Made by a program: the position numbers and the translations under genes | Assembly: GCF_009914755.1 (NCBI RefSeq) | Contig: NC_060926.1 | Length of the DNA: 64,000 nt | Direction: 5' to 3' (one strand) | Source of the DNA: the human T2T-CHM13v2.0 reference genome, Homo sapiens | Notes under the pieces: generated by a model | What the model was told of the DNA's origin: nothing | Database searches by the model: none | What the model saw: the letters and a program-made list of their open reading frames with translations, nothing else | Part shown: positions 54,242 to 64,000 of the stretch, in pieces | Position numbering within the stretch: position 1 is the first letter of the stretch | Layout of the letters: every line of letters begins with the position of its first letter

Positions 54242-55266
54242 ATGGGGAGAAACCAGAGAGAAAACTGAAAATTCTAAAAATCAGACCACCTCTTCTCCTC
54301 CAAAGGAACACAGCTCCTCACAAGCAATGGAACAAAGCTGGACGGAGAATGACTTTGACGAGTTGAGAGAAGAAGGCTTCAGAAGATCAGTAATAACAAA
54401 ATCCTCCAAGCTAAAGGAGGTCGTTCAAACCCATCGCAAAGAAGCTAAAAACCTTGAAAAAATATTAGATGAATGGCTAACTAAAATAAACAGCATAGAG
54501 AAGACCTTAAATGACCTGATGAAGCTGAAAACCATGGCACGAGAACTATGCGATGCATGTACAATCTTCAGTAGCCGATTTGATCAAGTGGAAGAAAGGG
54601 TATCAGTGATTGAAGATCAAATGAATGAAATGAAGTGAGAAGAGAAGTTTAGAGAAAAAAGAGTAAAAAGAAATGAACAAAGCCTCCAAGAAATATGGGA
54701 CTATGTGAAAAGACCAAATCTACGTCTGATTGGTGTACTTGTAAGTGAAGGGAATAATGGAACAAAGTTGGAAAACACTCTGCAGGATATTATCCAGGAG
54801 AACTTCCCCAACCTAGGAAGGCAGGCCAACATTCAAATTCAGGAAATACAGAGAACACCTCAAAGATACTCCTCGAGAAGAGCAACTCCAAGACACATAA
54901 TTGTCAGATTCACCAAGGTGGAAATGAAGGAAAAAATGTTAAGGGCAGCAAGAGAGAAAGGTCGGTTTACCCACAAAGGGAAGCCCAGCAGACTAACAGC
55001 AGATCTCTTGGCAGAAACCCTACAAGCCAGAAGAGAGTGGGGGCCAATATTCAACATTCTTAAAGAAAAGCATTTTCAACCCAGAATTTCATATACAGCC
55101 ACACAAAGCTTCATAAGTGAAGGAGAAATAATATCCTTTACAGACAAGCAAATGCTGAGAGATTTTGTCACCACCAGGCCTGCCTTACAAGAGCTCCTGA
55201 AGGAAGCACTAAACATGGAAAGGAACAATCGGTATCAGCCACTGAAAAAAACATGCCAAATTGTAA
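54242..55266 (+). pseudogene. L1 ORF1p (RNA-binding chaperone), disrupted
   Basis: Peptides MEQSWTENDFDELREEGFRR and RPNLRLIGV..ENFPNL..RHIIVRF; premature TGA ending at 54638 and frameshifts. Confidence 0.93.
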
Positions 55267-55329
55267 AGACCATCAATGCTAGGAAGAAACTGGATCAACT
55301 AATGAGCAAAATAACCAGCTAACATCATA

Positions 55330-59143
<3,814 letters not shown>

Positions 59144-59560
59144 ACAATGAGAACACTTGGACACAGGGTGTGGAACATCACACATCAGGGCCTGTCATGG
59201 GGTGGGGGGAGGGGGGAGGGATAGCATTAGAACTACCTAATGTAAATGATGAGTTAATGGGTGCTGCACACCAACATACATGTATACATATGTAACAAAC
59301 CTGCACATTGTGCACATGTACCCTAGAACTTAAAGTATAATAAAACTAAAAAAAAAAAAGAAATTTAAAGGCTCACCAAGTGCTTCATTGCTACTACTTA
59401 CCATTACTTTCCATGATTCACAAATTGATTTTCTGGCTTTATATCTACAAGACACAGTGGGTACTGTAATACAGTAATTTTTCATAGGCTGATGAGTAGG
59501 GAGATGATGAACGAGACTTCATCCCACAGTCTCCCCTAAGTGGGCTACTTAAAATAATGT

Positions 59561-59797
59561 TGTCCTGTTCCATTGGTCTAGATCTCTGTGTTGGTACCAG
59601 TACCATGCTGTTTTGGTTACTGTAGCCTTGTAGTATAGTTGAAGTCAGGTAGCGTGATGTCTCCAGCTTTCTTCTTTTGGCTTAGGATTGTCTTGGCAAT
59701 GCGGGCTCTTCTTTGGTTCCATATGAACTTGAAAGTAGTTTTTTTCCAATTCTGTGAAGAAAGTCATTGGTAACTTGATGTGGATGGAATTGAATCT
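59561..59797 (-). mobile_element. 237-bp antisense L1 ORF2 fragment, inverted copy of 57792-58028
   Basis: Reverse complement aligns to 57792-58028 with about 8 differences; no poly-A or TSD. Confidence 0.9.
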
Positions 59798-60299
59798 TTA
59801 TTTTAATGTTATTTTCTTTTCTCTGTATTGCTTTTCAAAGCTTTCTGGAAATTACATTTCTTTCTCTGTCAGTTATTAAGTCTTACATATGTCTTTTGTT
59901 CCTTCAAATATAGAGGTTATTTCAGTATGTGAAGCTGGAGAATGAAACAGATGAGTACTTTGTGCTAGCCCACATCTGAAGATAGGACAGGCAGGTGGTA
60001 TTAATTCCAGGTTGTGACTAGAAATTATTGATTAGAAAGAAAGTTCTACAAATGAGTGATAAAAGAAATATCCTCAAAAGGATGACCAGGCTAGAGATGT
60101 GAAAATGTAATAACATTTCAGATTTCTTCCCTCCATCCTATGCTGTGTCTTTCTGTAGGTACTTATGTTAGTTACAAAAAGCATAATACAAGAAGGATCA
60201 CAGTGCAGCCATCTGTGTCTTTAGTGTTTCTCCTCTCAGAATCTTCCTGCATTTATTTGAGGAAGAACCTATCTGACCGCTTGAGATATCAAAATTCCT

Positions 60300-62510
60300 T
60301 TTGGACACCCCGCAGGATATGGGGAGTAATATCACCCCCCTCTGCCCCCCTGGATATTACGATCAACATCGCAGGGGGTTGCACGCACCTGCGATGTGGG
60401 GAGTAATATCACTCCCGTCTCCCCCCTTGGATATTACGATCCACGGTGGACACACAGCGTATTTTCGATATTGTGATTCATATCATCTCCCCCTTTGGAA
60501 ATTACAAACTATATCACTGATGGGTGTCCACCCTCTGAAGTATTGGGAGTAATGTCATCCTCTTTTCTCCTGGATATGAAGAACAATATCACAGGAGAGT
60601 TTACACCCCCTGCGATATTGGGTGTAGTTTCATCCTCTCCCACGTTGAAGTTAGGAACTATATCACTGCGGACCTGTACACCCCTGTGATATTTAAAGTA
60701 ATATCATCCTCTTCTCTCCTGGGTCATGAGAACAATATCACTGGGGGGTGGGGGGGTGTACACTTTCTGCAGTTTTGGGAGTAATATCATCCTCTCCACC
60801 TTGGAATATTGCGGACAATATCACCGGGGGTGTTCAAACCCCCTTCGATATTGGGAATAATATTATCCTCTCTTCTCTGAATATTAGGAAAAATATCACA
60901 GAGTGGGTGTACTCCTGCGACATGGGGAGTCATATCATCTTCTGGATATTAGGAACAACATCACATGGGTGTGTACACTTTCTGCGATATTTGGAGTAAT
61001 GTCATCCTCTCCCTCTTTGAATATTAAGAACAATATCACAGGGCGGATGTACACCCTCTGTGATATTGGGAGTAATAACAGGCTCTCCGCCCCACCTCGA
61101 TATTAGAAACAATATCCCAGGGTGGGTGTACACCTCCGGCTATATGGGGAGTAATATCATCCTCTCCCTTCCTGGATATTAGAAACAATTTCACAGGGTG
61201 GATGTACACAGCTTTTGATATTGGGAGTAATTTCATCCTCTCTCCCTCTGGATATTAGGAACAATCTCACAGAAGGGTTGTACAATCCCTGCGATATTGG
61301 GGGTAATATCATTTTTTTTCTTCTCTGAATATTAGGAGCAATATCACCGGGTGGATATACACCCACTGTTCTGTTGGGAGTAATATCATGCTCTACCCCC
61401 TGGATGTTAGGAGCAATATCACAGGGTGAGTGTAAACCCACGGCGATATTGGGAGTAATATTATGCTCTCCCTCTGTGGGTATTAGGAACAATATCACAG
61501 GTGGGTGTACACCCCTTGCGGTGTGAGGAGTCAAATTATCTTCTCTTCCTTTAGCTATTAGGAACAATAATATCACGGGAGGGGGGATGTACACCCCCTA
61601 CACTATTGGGATGAATATCATTCTCTCTTTTTCTGGATATTAGGAATAATATCACTAGCGGGGTGTACACCCCCTGTGATATTAGGAGTAATATCATCCT
61701 CCCCCACGTTGAAAGTAGAAACAATATCATTGGGGGCGTGTACAGCCCCTGCGATATTGAAAGTAATATCATCCTCTTCCCTCCTGGATCATGGGAACAA
61801 TATCACTGGAGGGTGTACACTTTTGGCGATATTGGGAGGAATATCATCCTCTCCGCCTTTGAATATTAAAGACAATATCACAGGGAAGGTGTACACCCCC
61901 TGCGATATTGGGAATAATATTATCCTCTCCCCCCCCTGCATATTAGAAAAATATCACAGAGTGGGTGTACATCTCCTGCGATATGGGGAGTCATATCATC
62001 TTCTCCTCTTCTGGATATTAGGAACAATATTACACGGGGGTGTACGCTTCCTTCGATATTGAGAGTCACATCAGGCTCTCCCACCCCTGGATATTAGGAA
62101 CAACAGCCCAGCGTGGGTGTACACCTCCTGCTATATGGGGAGTAATATCATCCTCTCCCTTCCTGGATATTAGGAACGATATACAGGGTGGGTGTACACA
62201 GTCTGCGATATTGGGAGTCATATCACCCCCCGCTCCGGATATTAGGAACAATCTCACAGAAGGTGTGTACACTCCTTGCGATATTAGGAGTAACATCGTT
62301 CTCTTCTTCCGTGAATATTAGGAGCAATATCATTGAGTAGATGCACACCCAATGCTATATTGGGAGAAATGTCATACTCCACTTTCTGGATATTGGGAGC
62401 AATATCACAGAGAGTGCAACTGCTGTGATATTGAAAGTAATACCATTTTCTCCCTCCCTGGATGTTTGGAAAAATATCACAGGTGGGTGTACACCCCCTG
62501 TGGTATTAGG
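60300..62510 (+). repeat. SATR1/SATR2-type satellite, ~76-bp monomer, arm 1
   Basis: Monomer GGGTGTACACCCCCTGCGATATTGGGAGTAATATCATCCTCTCCCCCCCTGGATATTAGGAACAATATCACA, roughly 29 diverged copies. Confidence 0.88.
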
Positions 62511-62870
62511 ATAACATTAATATTAATAAATTATATTAATCATTAATATTATTTTTATATTTATTGATATTAATTATTAACATTAATATTACTCCCAGAA
62601 CCTCATGGGGTGTACATTCTCACTGTGATATTGGCATATTATTAATATTAATAATTATTATTAATCCTAATGTTTATTAATATTTGTTAACATTAGTGTT
62701 GATATTAATTTTAATTACTGATATTATTGTTTTAGTTTTAATATTGTCATTATTAATAACAAGCGTTATTGTTTATTAACATTATTATTGTTTAATATTA
62801 ATCATTAATATTGATAATCACTATTAGTTGTTACTAATATTAATAATAATTATTAATAATTTTAATATTT
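62511..62870. repeat. AT-rich low-complexity spacer (ATTAAT/TATTAA-based) containing one reversed satellite fragment (~62586-62635)
   Basis: Almost pure A/T apart from an embedded ACTCCCAG..GGGGTGTACATTCTCACTGTGATATT. Confidence 0.9.
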
Positions 62871-64000
62871 GGGGTTGAGAGGGTGGTAATACTCCTAATA
62901 TTGCAGAAGGTGTACACCCCAATTTGATGTTGTTTCTAGTAGACAAGAGGTAGAAGATGACATTACTCCAAATGTCGCAGTGGGTGTACATCGCTTATGT
63001 GATCTTTTTCCTATTATCCAGGATGGGAGAGGATGATATTACTCCCAATATCGCAGGGGGCTTACACCTTCCCTGTGATATAGTCTCTAATATCCAAAGG
63101 TGAAGAGGATGATATTTCTCCTAATTTCGCAGGGGGTGTACACCACCCCTGTGATATTGTTTTTCATATCCAGGGGATGAGAGGATATTACTCTCAATAT
63201 TGCAGGAGGTCTACACTCCCCAGTGATATTGTTCCTAATATCTAGGGAGGGAGAGGATGATACTACTCCCAATATCGCAGGGGAGTACACCCACCCAGTG
63301 ATATTGTTCTTAATATCCAGGAAGGGAGAGGATATTACTTCTGATACTGAAGAGATTGTACACTCCCCCTGTGATATTGTTCCTAATATCCAGGGGGATG
63401 TGGATAACATTTTGCCCAACATCGCAGGGTGTGTACACCCCCCGCTGTGATATTGTTCCTAATATCTAAAAGTAGTGAGGGTGATATTACTCCTACTATC
63501 GCAAGGGTTGTACACCTCCCTTATGATAATGTTCTTAATATATAGGCGGGAAGACAACAATATTACTGTCCATATCACAGGGGTGGACAACACCCCTCTG
63601 ATATTGTTTTTAATATTCAGTGGGGGAGAGGATGACATTAATTCCAATATCACAGGCGACACACCCCCGTGGTATTGTTCCTAATATCCAGGGGAAGAGA
63701 GAATGATATGACTTACAATATGGCAGGGGGTGTACACCACCTCCATGATATTGTTCCTAATATCCAGGGGGGAAGAGTATGATATTACTACCAGTATCAC
63801 AGGGGGTATACACATATACAGGGAAGGAGAGGATGATATTACTCCCAATATTGTAGGGGGTGTACATACTCCCCTGTGATATTGTTTCTAATATTTAGGT
63901 GGGGAGAGGATAATATTACTCCCAATATCGCAGAGGGTGTACACCCTTCCTGGGATATTTTTCCTAATATCAAGTGGGGGAGAAGATGATATTACTCCCA
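62871..64000 (-). repeat. Same satellite in opposite orientation, arm 2 (runs off the window)
   Basis: Monomer reads GAGAGGATGATATTACTCCCAATATCGCAGGGGGTGTACACCC..GTGATATTGTTCCTAATATCCAGG, the reverse complement of arm 1. Confidence 0.9.

Noticed and set aside
60140-63684. Cluster of overlapping ORFs with repeated ISSSP/DIRNNIT peptides
   Set aside because: Translations of the satellite in multiple frames and both strands, with no frame preservation
60300-64000. CRISPR-like array (palindromic repeats at regular ~76-bp spacing)
   Set aside because: Inter-palindrome segments are homologous to each other rather than unique spacers; there are no cas genes and the context is primate. It is a satellite.

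Overview
Primate (human-like) AT-rich non-coding DNA, intergenic or deep intronic. No intact cellular protein-coding gene, rRNA, functional tRNA gene or CRISPR array is supported. The listed ORFs are L1, Alu, LTR or satellite read-throughs or chance ORFs. About two thirds of the window is transposon-derived: 8 Alus, several old L1M/L1PB copies, a full-length but inactivated L1PA5-like element (53245-59359), L2 and MIR relics, and LTR elements (MER39, solo LTR7, nested MST/MLT1, MER4, MER21, THE1D, internally deleted MER57 and ERVL/MLT2 proviruses). DNA-transposon MITEs include MER5A, MADE1, Tigger3 and MER2. The last 3.7 kb is a SATR1/SATR2-type ~76-bp satellite. Most notable structures: (i) the satellite has hairpin-forming monomers, a ~1-kb higher-order period and a strand flip across an AT-rich spacer; (ii) two apparent locally templated copies of neighbouring L1 sequence (59561-59797 inverted; 33983-34028 inside an Alu tail); (iii) two twin-primed 5'-inverted L1s with recoverable TSDs; (iv) a tRNA-Glu-like relic inside the MER57 provirus. 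I found no evidence for a novel coding system. Family and subfamily names come from recalled consensus sequences and need RepeatMasker/Dfam confirmation. Boundaries without a stated TSD are approximate.
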